Shown piece by piece: positions 1 to 11,281 of a stretch of 64,000 bases of DNA. Source of the stretch: Pseudonocardia sp. (GTDB lineage Bacteria; Actinomycetota; Actinomycetes; Mycobacteriales; Pseudonocardiaceae). Location: contig NZ_JAOPWR010000177.1 of NCBI RefSeq assembly GCF_025965585.1, positions 1,588 to 65,587 on the forward strand, read 5' to 3'. The notes under the pieces are model-generated. The model ran no database searches. It had not been told where the DNA came from and saw only the letters and a program-made list of their open reading frames with translations. A program made the translations under genes and the position numbers. The number at the start of each line of letters is the position of its first letter. Positions within the stretch are counted from its first letter, which is position 1.

Positions 1-2
1 CC

Positions 3-1094
3 ACCGCGGCACTACACGCCAAGGCCGATGGCGACGCCGCCGCGCGCGCCACCGCCATCGGCAAGCTGCTCGACCCGATGGCCTCCACGCTGCAGCGCGT
101 GGAGGGGCAGCTGCGCACGGTCGAGATGGAGCGCGAGTCGGCCTACGCGGGGCTCCGCGAGCAGGTCAACGCGATGCGCACCAGCTCCGACGCGCTGCGC
201 GGCGAGACGAAGTCGCTCGTCAACGCGCTGCGCGCGCCGCAGGTCCGCGGCCGCTGGGGTGAGCTGCAGCTGGAGCGCATCGTGCAGCTCGCGGGCATGG
301 TCGAGCACTGCGACTTCTCCACGCAGGTCGTCGGCCAGGGCGAGGACGGCGGTGTCCGGCCCGACATGGTCGTGCACCTCGCCGGCGGCAAGCAGGTCGT
401 CGTGGACGCGAAGGTGCCGTTCGCGGCGTACCTGGAGGCCGTCGAGAGCAACGACCCCGACGTGCACCGCGAGCGCCTCGCCGCCCACGCCCGCCAGCTG
501 CGCCAGCACGTCGACCAGCTCTCGGCCAAGAGCTACTGGGCCGTGTTCGAGCCCTCGCCGGAGTTCGTGGTGCTGTTCGTGCCGGGCGACCCGTTCCTCG
601 AGGCCGCGTTGCAGGCCGACCCCTCGCTGATGGAGCACGCGTTCGCCACCAACGTCGTCATCGCCACGCCCACCACGCTCATCGCGCTGCTGCGCACGGT
701 CGCCTACAGCTGGCGGCAGGAGGCACTTGCCCGCAACGCGGCCGAGGTGCACAAGCTCGGCAAGGAGCTGCACGGGCGGCTGGCCACGATGGGCACGCAC
801 GTGGCGAAGCTCGGCCGCAGCCTCGACGGCGCCGTCGACAGCTACAACCGCACGGTCTCCTCGCTGGAGGCCCGCGTGCTGGTCACCGCCCGCAAGCTCA
901 CAGAGCTGCACGTCTCCGACGCGGAGCTGCCCACGCCGGGTCAGGTCGAGCGCGCCCCCCGCACGATCTCCGCCCCCGAGCTGCTGGCGTCGGCCGCCGA
1001 CTCGCTCGTCGCCCTGCACGAGGTGGGCCGGCCCGAGCGCGACGAGGGCTCCGAGCCCGGCCCGCCGGACTCGCGGGCTACCGTGAACGGATGA
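3..1094 (+). CDS. rmuC: DNA recombination protein RmuC (5' partial)
   Basis: RGRWGELQLERIV, RPDMVVHL, VVVDAKVP and PEFVVLFVPGD motifs; frame is open to the window start. Confidence 0.93.
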   Translation, partial: TAALHAKADGDAAARATAIGKLLDPMASTLQRVEGQLRTVEMERESAYAGLREQVNAMRTSSDALRGETKSLVNALRAPQVRGRWGELQLERIVQLAGMVEHCDFSTQVVGQGEDGGVRPDMVVHLAGGKQVVVDAKVPFAAYLEAVESNDPDVHRERLAAHARQLRQHVDQLSAKSYWAVFEPSPEFVVLFVPGDPFLEAALQADPSLMEHAFATNVVIATPTTLIALLRTVAYSWRQEALARNAAEVHKLGKELHGRLATMGTHVAKLGRSLDGAVDSYNRTVSSLEARVLVTARKLTELHVSDAELPTPGQVERAPRTISAPELLASAADSLVALHEVGRPERDEGSEPGPPDSRATVNG

Positions 1095-1762
1095 CCCAGC
1101 CTGCGAGCCGGACGCCGTCCCCGAACAGGACTCCTGCGCGCGAGCGGAGCCGGGGCGGCGACCGCGTGCGCAGCGGCACCGGCGGCCGCTGGCCGATGCC
1201 CGACCGCTCGCTCATCGCCACCGTGCTCGGCGTTCCGCCGCTCGCCGCCATTGGCATCGCGGCCGTGCTCACCGCGGCCGGGGTGCTGTTCGACCTAGCC
1301 CGTGCCGGCACGCTCGGCGTCGTCTTCACCATCTGCTACGTCGTGGGCTGCGTGCTCGCGGTGGTCTGGGTACGCCGCTCGGGGCTGTTCGGGCCGATGG
1401 TGCAGCCGCCGCTGCTGCTGGCGGTCGCGGTGCCCGTGGTGGTGCTGGTGGCCGGCTCGCAGAAGCCCGGCGCGGGCGTGGCCGAGCGACTGCTCGTGAT
1501 CGGTGCCCCGCTGGTCAACAGCTTCCCGACGATGGCGTGGGTCACCGGCATCGTCGTGGCGATCGGGGCGTTCCGGCTCGTGGTCCAGCGCCCGCTCGAC
1601 GGCGAGCCCGCACCGCGGGTGTCGAAGGCCGATGCCGCCCGTGCGCGCGCCGCCGAGCGGGCGGCGGTCAGCCGACCGGCGCCTGCTCGCGGCCCCCGCC
1701 CGAGCGAGCGGGACGCAGCTCGCGGGGCAGCGCGAACGTCAAGGTCTCCTCGGCGGTCGTGA
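1091..1762 (+). CDS. DUF6542-like membrane protein (Rv1111c-like)
   Basis: Four hydrophobic segments, [11 protein letters not shown] motif, ATGA overlap with rmuC, synteny with ispH. Confidence 0.75.
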   Translation: MTQPASRTPSPNRTPARERSRGGDRVRSGTGGRWPMPDRSLIATVLGVPPLAAIGIAAVLTAAGVLFDLARAGTLGVVFTICYVVGCVLAVVWVRRSGLFGPMVQPPLLLAVAVPVVVLVAGSQKPGAGVAERLLVIGAPLVNSFPTMAWVTGIVVAIGAFRLVVQRPLDGEPAPRVSKADAARARAAERAAVSRPAPARGPRPSERDAARGAARTSRSPRRS

Positions 1763-2651
1763 CCTCCTGCAGCGTGTCCCACCCGCGCTCGGCGAGGTGG
1801 TCCACCACGCCGCGCACCAGCACCTCGGGCACCGAGGCACCGCTCGTGACACCGACGGTCCCGACGCCGTCGAGCCACGTGTCGTCGATCTGCTTGGCAT
1901 AGTCGATCAGGTGCGACGCGCCCGCGCCGGACTGCAGGGCCACCTCGACCAGCCGCACCGAGTTGGACGAGTTCTTCGAGCCCACGACCAGCACGAGGTC
2001 GCACTGCGGGGCCATCGCCTTGACCGCGACCTGGCGGTTCTGGGTGGCGTAGCAGATGTCGTCGCTCGGCGGGTTCTGCAGCGAGGGGAACCGCTCGCGC
2101 AGCGCGCGGACGGTCTGCATCGTCTCGTCGACGCTCAGGGTGGTCTGCGAGAGCCAGACGACCTTCTCGGGATCGCGCACGGTCACACCGGCGACGTCCT
2201 CGGCGTTCTCGACGAGCTGGATGTGCGAGGGCGCCTCACCGGCCGTGCCCTCGACCTCCTCGTGGCCGTGGTGGCCGACGAGCAGGATGTCGTAGTCCTC
2301 GCGGGCGAACCGCTTCGCCTCCTGGTGCACCTTCGTGACCAGCGGGCAGGTGGCGTCGATCGTGCGGAGCTCGCGCTCCTTGGCCTGCTCACGCACCGCG
2401 GGCGAGACGCCGTGGGCGGAGAACACGACGAGCGCGCCCTGGGGCACCTCGTCGGTCTCGTCGACGAAGACCGCGCCGCGCTCGGTGAGCGTCTCCACCA
2501 CGTGGATGTTGTGGACGATCTGCTTGCGCACGTAGACCGGTGCCCCGTGCTGCTCCAGCGCCTGCTCGACGGCCTCCACGGCCCGGTCGACACCGGCGCA
2601 GTAGCCGCGGGGCTTGGCCAGCAGGACACGCTTGCTGCTCGATCCGGACAT
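1668..2651 (-). CDS. ispH: 4-hydroxy-3-methylbut-2-enyl diphosphate reductase
   Basis: [32 protein letters not shown] and SSNS motifs. Confidence 0.97.
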   Translation of the reverse strand: MSGSSSKRVLLAKPRGYCAGVDRAVEAVEQALEQHGAPVYVRKQIVHNIHVVETLTERGAVFVDETDEVPQGALVVFSAHGVSPAVREQAKERELRTIDATCPLVTKVHQEAKRFAREDYDILLVGHHGHEEVEGTAGEAPSHIQLVENAEDVAGVTVRDPEKVVWLSQTTLSVDETMQTVRALRERFPSLQNPPSDDICYATQNRQVAVKAMAPQCDLVLVVGSKNSSNSVRLVEVALQSGAGASHLIDYAKQIDDTWLDGVGTVGVTSGASVPEVLVRGVVDHLAERGWDTLQEVTTAEETLTFALPRELRPARSGGGREQAPVG

Positions 2652-2768
2652 GCCCCCCAATGTACGGCCGGGCGGCCGAGGGGGCCCGGGCGACGTGACG
2701 CACCCCCTCCGTCCGGTTGCTCACGCCCCCGACCTGCCGCGAATCCGCAGGCAGGGCAGGATGGATGC

Positions 2769-3557
2769 ATGAAGCCGCTGCCGCTGCCGGTACGGATTGC
2801 CGCCGGCCTCGTCGCCACCGCCGTCGATCAGGCCCGGGATCTGCCCCGTCTCGTCGTCGAGTTCCCCGTCACCGCCGTGAGCCAGGCGCTGCAGGCCTCG
2901 ATGCGGGTGCAGCAGAAGGTCACCGAGCTCGCCATCAAGGGCGACCGTGCGCTGGGTGTGCTGCGCCCCGTGGAGGAGAAGCCGAGCTGGGCCACGTTCG
3001 ACGACGAGGAGCCGCCGCGGCGCAACGGGGCGAGCACCATCACCGCGCTGCGCCCGTCGAGCGCCCGGACGCCGGTGGCCCAGCCGCCCGCGTCCCGGAC
3101 CCAGGTCGCCCGGCCCCCGGCCGCGCCGCCGAGGCCGGCCACCTCCTCCCCGGCCACGACCGCACCGTCACCGTCACCGTCGAAGCCCGCCACGTCGAAG
3201 ACGACCACGTCGACGCCCGCGAAGCCCGCCACGTCGGAGGCCCCGCCGTCGAAGCCGGCCCCCGAGCCGCCCACGTCGCCCACCACCGCCACGACCTCCA
3301 CGCCGAAGGCCCCCTCCACCGACGTCCCCTCCACCGAGGCGCCGGCGACGGACACCCCGGCCGCCGCGGCCGGGAACGACGGCCCGAGCGCCCTGACCGG
3401 CTACCAGAACATGACCATCCCCCAGCTGCGCGGCAAGCTGCGCTTCCTCAGCCTCGCCGACCTCGAGGCGCTGCTGGCCTGGGAGAGCGACCACGGTGAC
3501 CGCGCCCCCTACGTCACGATGCTGACGAACCGGATCTCCACGGTCACGGAGAATTGA
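2769..3557 (+). CDS. Lipid droplet-associated protein (Rv1109c-like) with a Pro/Thr/Ser-rich linker
   Basis: N-terminal [14 protein letters not shown]...ELAIKGD and C-terminal [14 protein letters not shown]...[11 protein letters not shown]; lies between ispH and xseA. Confidence 0.8.
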   Translation: MKPLPLPVRIAAGLVATAVDQARDLPRLVVEFPVTAVSQALQASMRVQQKVTELAIKGDRALGVLRPVEEKPSWATFDDEEPPRRNGASTITALRPSSARTPVAQPPASRTQVARPPAAPPRPATSSPATTAPSPSPSKPATSKTTTSTPAKPATSEAPPSKPAPEPPTSPTTATTSTPKAPSTDVPSTEAPATDTPAAAAGNDGPSALTGYQNMTIPQLRGKLRFLSLADLEALLAWESDHGDRAPYVTMLTNRISTVTEN

Positions 3558-4846
3558 CCAGGCCCGCCCCGAGCACCACGCCCGAGCAGCCGTGGCCGGT
3601 CCGCACCGTCGCGCGGAAGATCGCCGAGTGGGTCGACCGGCTCGGCGCGGTGTGGGTGGAGGGCCAGCTCGCCCAGGTCACGGCCCGCCCGGGCACAGGC
3701 ACGGCATTCCTGGTGCTGCGTGACCCCGCCGCCGACGTGTCGCTGCAGCTCACCGCGCCCGTCGGGCTCGTCCGTGACGGCGGGCCCGCCGTCGTCGAGG
3801 GCAACCGCGTGGTGGTGCACGGCAAGCCGTCGTTCTTCCTCGGCCGGGGCACGCTGAGCCTGCGCGTCGACGAGATCCGCGCCGTGGGCATCGGCGAGCT
3901 CCTCGCCCGCATCGAGCGGCTGCGCAAGCTGCTCGCCGCCGAGGGGTTGTTCGACCCCGCGCTCAAGCGGCGGCCGCCGTTCCTGCCCGGCCGCATCGGG
4001 CTGATCACCGGGCGCGCGTCGGCGGCGGAGCACGACGTCGTGTCCAACGCGACGGCGCGCTGGCCGTCCGTGCGGTTCCGCATCGAGCACGTCGCCACGC
4101 AGGGCGCGCTGGCCGTCCCCCAGATCGTCGACGCGCTGCGCGTGCTCGAGCGCGACCGCGAGGTCGACGTGATCGTGCTCGCCCGCGGCGGCGGCAGCGT
4201 CGAGGATCTGCTCCCCTTCTCCGACGAGACGCTGTGCCGCGCGGTGGCGGCATGCCGCACGCCGGTGGTGTCGGCGATCGGGCACGAGCCCGACACCCCG
4301 CTCGTCGACCACGTCGCCGACGTCCGCTGCTCCACGCCGACGGAGGCCGGCCGCCGCCTGGTGCCCGACCTCGCCGAGGAGACCGCCCGCATCTCCGGCC
4401 TGCGCGACCGGGCTCGGCGGGCGCTGTCGGGCTGGGTGGACCGCGAGCAGCGGCTGCTGGAGTCCCTGCGCGGCCGTCCGGTGCTGGCCGACCCGTTGCG
4501 GACGCTCGACGGGCACGCCGACCAGGTGGAGCGGTTGCGGGAGACGGCGCGGACGTCGGTGCTGCGGGGCCTGGACCGGCGCGCCACCGACCTCGAGCAC
4601 GTCCGCGCCCGGCTGACCACGCTCGGCCCCGCCGCGACCCTGGCCCGCGGCTACGCGGTCGTGCAGCGGGTGGTGCCCGACGCCGCCCCGGACGCGGTGC
4701 CGCCGGTGCTCCGCTCGGCCGCCGACGCCGGGCCCGGCACGCACCTGCGGATCCGCCTGTCGGACGGAGCTGTCACCGCGACCGTCGGCGAGGACGAGAA
4801 GCCGCGCAAGCCCGCGGCCCGCAGGAAGAAGGCGAGCACCCCATGA
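3554..4846 (+). CDS. xseA: Exodeoxyribonuclease VII large subunit
   Basis: [22 protein letters not shown] and SAIGHEPD motifs. Confidence 0.96.
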   Translation: MTRPAPSTTPEQPWPVRTVARKIAEWVDRLGAVWVEGQLAQVTARPGTGTAFLVLRDPAADVSLQLTAPVGLVRDGGPAVVEGNRVVVHGKPSFFLGRGTLSLRVDEIRAVGIGELLARIERLRKLLAAEGLFDPALKRRPPFLPGRIGLITGRASAAEHDVVSNATARWPSVRFRIEHVATQGALAVPQIVDALRVLERDREVDVIVLARGGGSVEDLLPFSDETLCRAVAACRTPVVSAIGHEPDTPLVDHVADVRCSTPTEAGRRLVPDLAEETARISGLRDRARRALSGWVDREQRLLESLRGRPVLADPLRTLDGHADQVERLRETARTSVLRGLDRRATDLEHVRARLTTLGPAATLARGYAVVQRVVPDAAPDAVPPVLRSAADAGPGTHLRIRLSDGAVTATVGEDEKPRKPAARRKKASTP

Positions 4847-5085
4847 CCGAGCAGCCCGCACAGCAGCGCCCGGTGACGGACCTGGGCTACGAGCAGGCCC
4901 GCGACGAGCTCGCCGAGGTGGTGCGCACGCTGGAGAGCGGCGGTCTGAGCCTCGACGAGTCGGTGGCGCTGTGGGAGCGCGGCGAGGCGCTGGCCCGCCG
5001 CTGCGAGGAGCAGCTGGCCGGGGCCCGCGAGCGCGTCCAGGAGGTGCTCGACACCGCGGAACAGGGCCGCGGAGCGGCTACCTGA
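4843..5085 (+). CDS. xseB: Exodeoxyribonuclease VII small subunit
   Basis: [35 protein letters not shown]; ATGA overlap with xseA. Confidence 0.95.
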   Translation: MTEQPAQQRPVTDLGYEQARDELAEVVRTLESGGLSLDESVALWERGEALARRCEEQLAGARERVQEVLDTAEQGRGAAT

Positions 5086-5752
5086 GCAGCTCGCCCGCCA
5101 CGGCAGCACCGGCCAGCGCGCGGTACTCGTCGTCGGTGCCGCTGCCGCTGATCACCAGCCGCACCGATCCCCCGCCGGGCGCGGCGACGTCGGCGATCCA
5201 GATCGGCTCGTCGGGCCGGATGCCGTACACCACCCACTCCTGCCCGCCGACCTCCTGCGGACCCTGGGCGGCCAGGTGCCGTGTGCCCAGCTGGGCCGCG
5301 AGCAGGGCCTCCTCGGTGGCGCCGCTCTGCAGGAGCTGCAGGTAGTTGCTCTCGCCCGTGATGTAGCCGACGCGCACGTCCGTGGTCGTGGTGCCCGCGA
5401 CCGGGTCCTCCGCCACGGAGTTGGACCGCCATCCCGCAGGCACCGCCGGGACCCGCAGCGCGAACGGCACCGACGACGCCAGCGACCGCAGAGCGGCCGG
5501 CGCATCGACGACGGGCACCGCGTTCTGGTCGACCGTCGGACCGGTGGGGGTGAAGCTGAACCCGCGCGACAGGCCCCCGATCACCAGCACCACCGCGACC
5601 AGCACGCCGATCGCGACGGCCATGTCCCGCACCGTCAACGCCCCGCGCGCCGGCTTCGTCATCGGCGGGGGACCTGCCGGGGGACGCACGGGCTCGGGCG
5701 CGGCGCCGCCGGCGTCGGGCCGGGGCTCGTTGTCGGGCGTATCGGGACTCAC
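5078..5752 (-). CDS. DUF4245-like membrane-anchored protein
   Basis: RDM motif followed by one TM helix, PAGWRSNS; divergent from glpX as in other actinobacteria. Confidence 0.75.
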   Translation of the reverse strand: MSPDTPDNEPRPDAGGAAPEPVRPPAGPPPMTKPARGALTVRDMAVAIGVLVAVVLVIGGLSRGFSFTPTGPTVDQNAVPVVDAPAALRSLASSVPFALRVPAVPAGWRSNSVAEDPVAGTTTTDVRVGYITGESNYLQLLQSGATEEALLAAQLGTRHLAAQGPQEVGGQEWVVYGIRPDEPIWIADVAAPGGGSVRLVISGSGTDDEYRALAGAAVAGELLR

Positions 5753-5871
5753 ATGGCCATCGTCTCAGGCTCGGTCCGCACCGCGAGCCGGGGTGATCTG
5801 CGAGGATCACCTCATTCTCCGCCGGCCGCGCGCCGCGCTCGTCGACATGTTCTCTAGCAAAGGAGGCCGAG

Positions 5872-6948
5872 ATGACCACGCCCACGAACGGGAGCGGGAG
5901 CGGGGCCCGGCGCCGCGAGGCGCCCGACCGCAACCTCGCCATGGAGCTCGTCCGCGTCACCGAGGCCGCCGCGATGGCCGCCGGGCGGTGGGTGGGCCGC
6001 GGCGACAAGAACGGCGGTGACGGTGCCGCCGTCGACGCGATGCGCCAGCTCATCGGCAGCGTCTCGATGCGCGGCGTCGTGGTGATCGGCGAGGGCGAGA
6101 AGGACGAGGCGCCCATGCTCTACAACGGCGAGGAGGTGGGCAACGGCGACGGCCCGTGGTGCGACGTGGCGGTCGACCCGATCGACGGCACCACGCTGAT
6201 GGCGAAGGGCATGCCCAACTCCGTGGCGGTGCTCGCGGTGGCCGAGCGCGGGGCGATGTTCGACCCCTCGGCCGTGTTCTACATGGAGAAGCTGGCCGTC
6301 GGGCCCGAGGCGGCCGACGTCATCGACCTGACCGCCCCCGTCGCGGAGAACATCCGCCGGGTCGCGCAGGCCAAGCATCTGCACGTCACGGACGTCACCG
6401 TGTGCGTGCTCGACCGTCCGCGCCACGCCGACATGGTCAAGGAGATCCGCCGCACCGGCGCGCGCATCCACTTCCTCTCCGACGGCGACGTCGCGGGGGC
6501 CATCTCCGCGGCCCGGCCGAACACCGGTGTCGACATGCTCTACGGCATCGGCGGCACTCCCGAGGGGATCATCACCGCCGCCGCCATGAAGTGCATGGGC
6601 GGCGCGATGCAGGGCCGGCTGTGGCCCACCAACGACGCCGAGCGCGCCCGCGCCGTCGCCGCAGGCCACGACCTCGACCGCGTCCTCACCGCCGACGAGC
6701 TCGTCCGCAGCGACAACGTGTTCTTCTGCGCCACCGGCATCACCGACGGCGACCTGCTGCGCGGCGTCCACTACAGCCCGGGCGGCTGCACCACCCAGTC
6801 GATCGTGATGCGCTCGAAGTCGGGCACCGTGCGGATGATCGAGGGCTACCACCGGCTGACGAAGCTGCGCGAGTACTCCTCGGTGGACTTCGACCTCTCC
6901 GACGAGGAGCTCGCCGCCGACCTGCACTCGGCACCGCCCCTGCCCTGA
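5872..6948 (+). CDS. glpX: Class II fructose-1,6-bisphosphatase
   Basis: [28 protein letters not shown] and VDPIDGT motifs. Confidence 0.97.
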   Translation: MTTPTNGSGSGARRREAPDRNLAMELVRVTEAAAMAAGRWVGRGDKNGGDGAAVDAMRQLIGSVSMRGVVVIGEGEKDEAPMLYNGEEVGNGDGPWCDVAVDPIDGTTLMAKGMPNSVAVLAVAERGAMFDPSAVFYMEKLAVGPEAADVIDLTAPVAENIRRVAQAKHLHVTDVTVCVLDRPRHADMVKEIRRTGARIHFLSDGDVAGAISAARPNTGVDMLYGIGGTPEGIITAAAMKCMGGAMQGRLWPTNDAERARAVAAGHDLDRVLTADELVRSDNVFFCATGITDGDLLRGVHYSPGGCTTQSIVMRSKSGTVRMIEGYHRLTKLREYSSVDFDLSDEELAADLHSAPPLP

Positions 6949-7275
6949 GTGTGGCCGGATCGTGAGCGCGACGCGCCGATCGTGCTCGCCCCTCGTCCCG
7001 GATCCCGGACGCTGGACCGATCCGCGCCCCCGAGCAGCCGGTGGGCCACGGCGGGGGCGCATGCGGGCACCGTGGCTCTGGTACTGCTCCTGGTGGCGGC
7101 CGCCGCCGCGACGGATCCGGCGGCGGGCCTGGTGCCCAGGCAACACGCGGTCGTGGCGGCCGCGCTCCCGGCCGCCGCCACGGACCCGAGGCCCGCGGAC
7201 CGGACCGCCGGGGACGTGAGCGGGGACGCAGTGGTCCCACCTGCGGCGAACCCTTGCGGCGAGCACACTGGGACC

Positions 7276-8691
7276 ATGGTCGAGAGCGACGTCACAGACG
7301 GCGGGTTCCGGATCGAGCACGACACGATGGGCGAGGTACGGGTGCCCGTCGACGCCCTGTGGCGAGCGCAGACGCAGCGCGCGGTGGAGAACTTCCCCAT
7401 CTCCGGGCGCGGCCTGGAGCGCGCGCAGATCCGGGCGCTCGGGCTGGTCAAGGGCGCGGCCGCCCGCGTCAACGCGCGCATCGGCGTGCTGAAGCCGGAG
7501 CTGGCCGAGGCCATCGCCGCCGCGGCCGACGAGGTGGCCGCGGGGCTGCACGACGACAACTTCCCCGTGGACGTCTTCCAGACCGGCTCGGGCACCAGCT
7601 CGAACATGAACGCCAACGAGGTGATCGCCACGCTGGCCGCGAAGGCCGGCGTGGAGGTGCACCCGAACGACCACGTCAACGCGTCGCAGTCGTCGAACGA
7701 CGTCTTCCCGACCACGATCCACCTGGCCGCCACGGAGGCGCTCGCCACCGACGTCGTCCCGGCGCTGGAGCACCTGGCCGCCGCGCTGCGCCGACGCGAG
7801 GCCGACTGGGCCGACGTCGTCACGGCCGGGCGCACCCACCTCATGGACGCCGTGCCGATCACGCTCGGCCAGGAGGCGGGCGCCTGGGCCACGCAGACCG
7901 AGTACGGCGCCGCCCGCCTGCGCGACGCGCTCCCCCGGCTCGGCCAGCTGCCGATCGGGGGCACCGCGGTGGGCACCGGCCTCAACGCGCCGGAGGGCTT
8001 CGGCGCGGGCGTCGTCGAGGAGCTGCGGACGGCCACCGGGCTGGACGCCCTCACCGAGGCCGCCGACCACATCGAGGCCCAGGGCGCCCGCGACGGGCTG
8101 GTGGAGGCCTCCGCGGCGCTGCGCACCGTTGCCGTGTCGCTCTACAAGATCGCCAACGACATCCGCTGGCTGAGCTCCGGCCCGCGCACCGGCCTGGCCG
8201 AGCTGCACCTGCCCGACCTGCAGCCGGGCAGCTCGATCATGCCGGGCAAGGTCAACCCGGTGATCTGCGAGGCCACGATGATGGTGGCCGCGCAGGTGAT
8301 CGGCAACGACGCCACCGTCGCGTTCTCCGGGACGCAGGGCAACCTGCAGCTCAACGTGATGATGCCGGTGATGGCGCGCAACGTGCTGGAGTCGGCGCGG
8401 CTGCTCGCGAACGTGTCCCGGCTGCTGGCCGACAAGGTCGTGGACGGGGCCGAGGCCGACGTCGAGCGCACGCGCGAGTACGCCGAGTCCTCGCCCTCGA
8501 TCGTCACGCCGCTCAACCGCTACCTCGGCTACGAGGAGGCGGCCTCGATCGCGAAGCAGGCGCTCAAGGAGCGCAGGACGATCCGGGACGTCGTGGTGGA
8601 GCGCGGTCACCTCGAGAAGGGCACGCTCACCGAGGAACAGCTCGACGCCGCTCTCGACGTGCTCGCGATGGCCCGAGGTGGCAAGCGCTGA
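7276..8691 (+). CDS. fumC: Class II fumarate hydratase
   Basis: [22 protein letters not shown] and [11 protein letters not shown]; -10-like CACACT 6 nt before the ATG. Confidence 0.96.
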   Translation: MVESDVTDGGFRIEHDTMGEVRVPVDALWRAQTQRAVENFPISGRGLERAQIRALGLVKGAAARVNARIGVLKPELAEAIAAAADEVAAGLHDDNFPVDVFQTGSGTSSNMNANEVIATLAAKAGVEVHPNDHVNASQSSNDVFPTTIHLAATEALATDVVPALEHLAAALRRREADWADVVTAGRTHLMDAVPITLGQEAGAWATQTEYGAARLRDALPRLGQLPIGGTAVGTGLNAPEGFGAGVVEELRTATGLDALTEAADHIEAQGARDGLVEASAALRTVAVSLYKIANDIRWLSSGPRTGLAELHLPDLQPGSSIMPGKVNPVICEATMMVAAQVIGNDATVAFSGTQGNLQLNVMMPVMARNVLESARLLANVSRLLADKVVDGAEADVERTREYAESSPSIVTPLNRYLGYEEAASIAKQALKERRTIRDVVVERGHLEKGTLTEEQLDAALDVLAMARGGKR

Positions 8692-8776
8692 TACCCCGAA
8701 CGGGGTAGCCGTTCGACACCCTGCGTTCACATCCGGATGGTTTCCTTCACTCGAATGCCAGGGTGGAGGAGCGACC

Positions 8777-9967
8777 ATGAGTGACCACGGGCGGTTCGCG
8801 TTCGAGCCGCTGCTCAACCTCGTCAACGGCAGGCCCGTCGGCGTGGAGGTGCAGCGTTGCCAGGCCCGCGACCAGACCGCGACAGTCGCGCGCAACGCCG
8901 TCTGGGGCACCCGGCAGCTCGCGGAGTTCGACTCCGGCATCGCGATCGCGTCGGTGCTGCACGGAACCGGCTACGACGCCACGGTGCCGCTGCACGTCGA
9001 CGTCCTCGCCGACACGGTGGTGGCCGCGCGCCGCCGCGTCACCCAGCTGCGGACGGCGTTGAGCAACAGGGAGGGCGGCGGGTCCGTGCCGCCGGTGCTG
9101 CTCGAGATCAACCCGGCACTGTCGGCCGCCCCACCGGACGCGCTCGCGGACGGCCTCGCCGAGCTGCGTGCCGGAGGCTTCGGCATCGGCTTCGACGCCG
9201 TGGGCCGCGGCTTCGGGCTGGACATGATCGCCGAGCTCGAACCCGACCTCGTCAAGATCGACGCACAGCTCGTCTCCCGGCTGCCCCGCGACCCCCGGGC
9301 GCGCACGGTCGTGCGCGCGCTGTGCGACGTATGCCGGGCGGTGGGCGTGCGGGTGGCGGCCGTCGGCGTCGCGGACCTCGACGCGCTCGCCGCCGTGCGC
9401 GACCACGGGATCCCGTGGGCCCAGGGGCCGCTGCTCGCCGCCCCGCGCAGACGGCCGGCCACCGACGGCATCCTGCTGCCGGTGGACCTGATGCCGCGGA
9501 TCCACGCGACCCTGCCGTCGCCGGTGCCCCGCAACGCGCCCGCCGCGGCGCCGCCGCTGCCTGTACTGGGCGAGCTGGCGCGCAACGCCGTCAGCCTGCC
9601 CGAGGACGCCACCGCCGAGCACGTGCGCCAGGCGCTCGCCGACCACCCGCAGGCCGGCAGCGTGATCCTGCTCGGGGCGGCGGGCCGCCCGGAGGGGTTC
9701 CTCGACCGCAACCGCTTCATGCTCACCATCTCCGGTCCCTTCGGCCGGGCCCTCTACGCGAACCGGCCCGCGCACGCCCTCGCCGAGCCGCCGCGCACCA
9801 CCACGCCGGACACCGACGTCCGGTCCGCGCTCGCCCGGTGCCTGTCCGGCGACCGCACCCGCAGCTACGACGACCTCGTCCTGATCGACGCCACCGGGGC
9901 CTGCACGGGCGTCGTCCACGTGGCCGACCTGCTCCAGGAGGCCACCGGTGTGACCTCCGCGGCATGA
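8777..9967 (+). CDS. Degenerate EAL domain plus CBS-pair protein
   Basis: FAFEPL..EVQ, PDLVKID and AQGPLL of the EAL fold; C-terminal CBS-like repeats ending GVVHVADLL; GGAG RBS. Confidence 0.8.
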   Translation: MSDHGRFAFEPLLNLVNGRPVGVEVQRCQARDQTATVARNAVWGTRQLAEFDSGIAIASVLHGTGYDATVPLHVDVLADTVVAARRRVTQLRTALSNREGGGSVPPVLLEINPALSAAPPDALADGLAELRAGGFGIGFDAVGRGFGLDMIAELEPDLVKIDAQLVSRLPRDPRARTVVRALCDVCRAVGVRVAAVGVADLDALAAVRDHGIPWAQGPLLAAPRRRPATDGILLPVDLMPRIHATLPSPVPRNAPAAAPPLPVLGELARNAVSLPEDATAEHVRQALADHPQAGSVILLGAAGRPEGFLDRNRFMLTISGPFGRALYANRPAHALAEPPRTTTPDTDVRSALARCLSGDRTRSYDDLVLIDATGACTGVVHVADLLQEATGVTSAA

Positions 9968-10134
9968 CGTCACCGCCGCGACGATCTCCACGATCGGGCC
10001 GGACACCGTGACCGTTTCGAGTCTCGCCATCCGTCGGATCACACCGCTACATTCCACGGACGAGTGATCGTCGCGCTGCGGAAGTAGTCCACAGTGCTCG
10101 CCCACCCGGCCCTGAGCGCCCCGAGGAGCTGTAG

Positions 10135-11274
10135 ATGATCACATCACGACGTCGGATGGTGGTGGCCGCGATCGGCACCGCCATCGCCCTGACCACGACG
10201 GGGTGTGTGAGCTCCGGCAGCTCCGGCTCCAGCGCGTCGGGCGGCAACGCCTGGGCCACGGCCACGTCGGCACAGGCCGGTGGCGGCACGGACGCACTCG
10301 TCGCCGCGGCCAAGGCCGAGGGCACGCTCAACGTCATCGCGCTACCGCCGGACTGGACCAACTACGGCAACATGCTCTCGGCCTTCACGGCCAAGTACGG
10401 CATCAAGATCGACTCGGCCAACCCCGACGGGTCCAGCCAGGACGAGATCAACGCCGTCAAGCAGCTCGGCACCCAGGACCGCGCGCCCGACGTGCTCGAT
10501 GTCGGCCAGTCCTTCGCCACCAGCAACATCGACCTGTACGCCCCGTACAAGGTCGCCACGTGGGACTCGATCCCCGACGCCAACAAGGACGCCGGCGGCG
10601 CCTGGGTCAACGACTACGGCGGCTTCATCTCCATCGGCTGCAACGCCAAGCTCGTGCCCACCTGCCCCACCACCTTCGCCGACCTGGCCAAGCCCGAGTA
10701 CAAGGGCAAGGTCGCCATCAACGGCGACCCGACGCAGGCCGCGTCCGCGTTCGCGTCGGTGTGGGCGGGCGCGCTGGCCAACGGCGGCACGCTCGACAAC
10801 ATCAACCCGGGCCTGACGTTCTGGGGCAACCTCGCCAAGAGCGGCAACCTGCTCAAGATCGACCCGAACGACGCCACCATCCAGAGCGGCCAGACTCCGA
10901 TCGTCCTGGACTGGGACTACCTCAACGTCACCCAGGCCGAGAAGAACAAGGCCGCGTTCGACTGGAAGGTCGCCGTCCCGTCCGACGGGCTGTTCGCCCA
11001 GTACTACGCACAGGCGATCAACAAGAACGCCCCGCACCCCGCGGCCGCGCGGCTGTGGCAGGAGTTCCTCTACTCCGACCAGGGCCAGAACCTGTGGCTC
11101 GCGGGCAAGGCCCGGCCGGTGCGCCTCACCGCCATGACCACCGCGGGCACCGCCGACAAGACGCTGGTCGCGGTGCTGCCGCCGGTGGCGGGCTCGCCGA
11201 GGTACCCCACCCAGGCCCAGACCGACACCGCGCAGAAGGTGGTGGCCCAGGGGTGGGCCGCCGCCACCTCGTGA
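10135..11274 (+). CDS. ABC transporter substrate-binding lipoprotein (polyamine/iron/thiamine class)
   Basis: Lipobox TTTGC, AAKAEGTLNV and APHPAAARLWQEFLYS. Confidence 0.9.
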   Translation: MITSRRRMVVAAIGTAIALTTTGCVSSGSSGSSASGGNAWATATSAQAGGGTDALVAAAKAEGTLNVIALPPDWTNYGNMLSAFTAKYGIKIDSANPDGSSQDEINAVKQLGTQDRAPDVLDVGQSFATSNIDLYAPYKVATWDSIPDANKDAGGAWVNDYGGFISIGCNAKLVPTCPTTFADLAKPEYKGKVAINGDPTQAASAFASVWAGALANGGTLDNINPGLTFWGNLAKSGNLLKIDPNDATIQSGQTPIVLDWDYLNVTQAEKNKAAFDWKVAVPSDGLFAQYYAQAINKNAPHPAAARLWQEFLYSDQGQNLWLAGKARPVRLTAMTTAGTADKTLVAVLPPVAGSPRYPTQAQTDTAQKVVAQGWAAATS

Positions 11275-11281
11275 TCCACCC

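Noticed and set aside
1668-1762. 95-bp overlap of convergent 3' ends (DUF6542-like gene and ispH)
   Set aside because: Both tails are low-complexity; such overlaps are common in GC-rich genomes.
3060-3380. Repetitive Pro/Thr/Ser-coding DNA
   Set aside because: Ordinary low-complexity linker within the Rv1109c-like protein.
5854-8940. 1028-aa minus-strand ORF, and similar long ORFs such as 28978-31824, 35670-38642 and 59031-61202
   Set aside because: Antisense shadows of real genes caused by high-GC codon bias; no recognisable motifs, except the PGPGW tail of 35670-38642, which is annotated separately.
9968-10134. Possible riboswitch upstream of the ABC binding protein
   Set aside because: No TPP, cobalamin, SAM or other aptamer consensus recognisable by eye.
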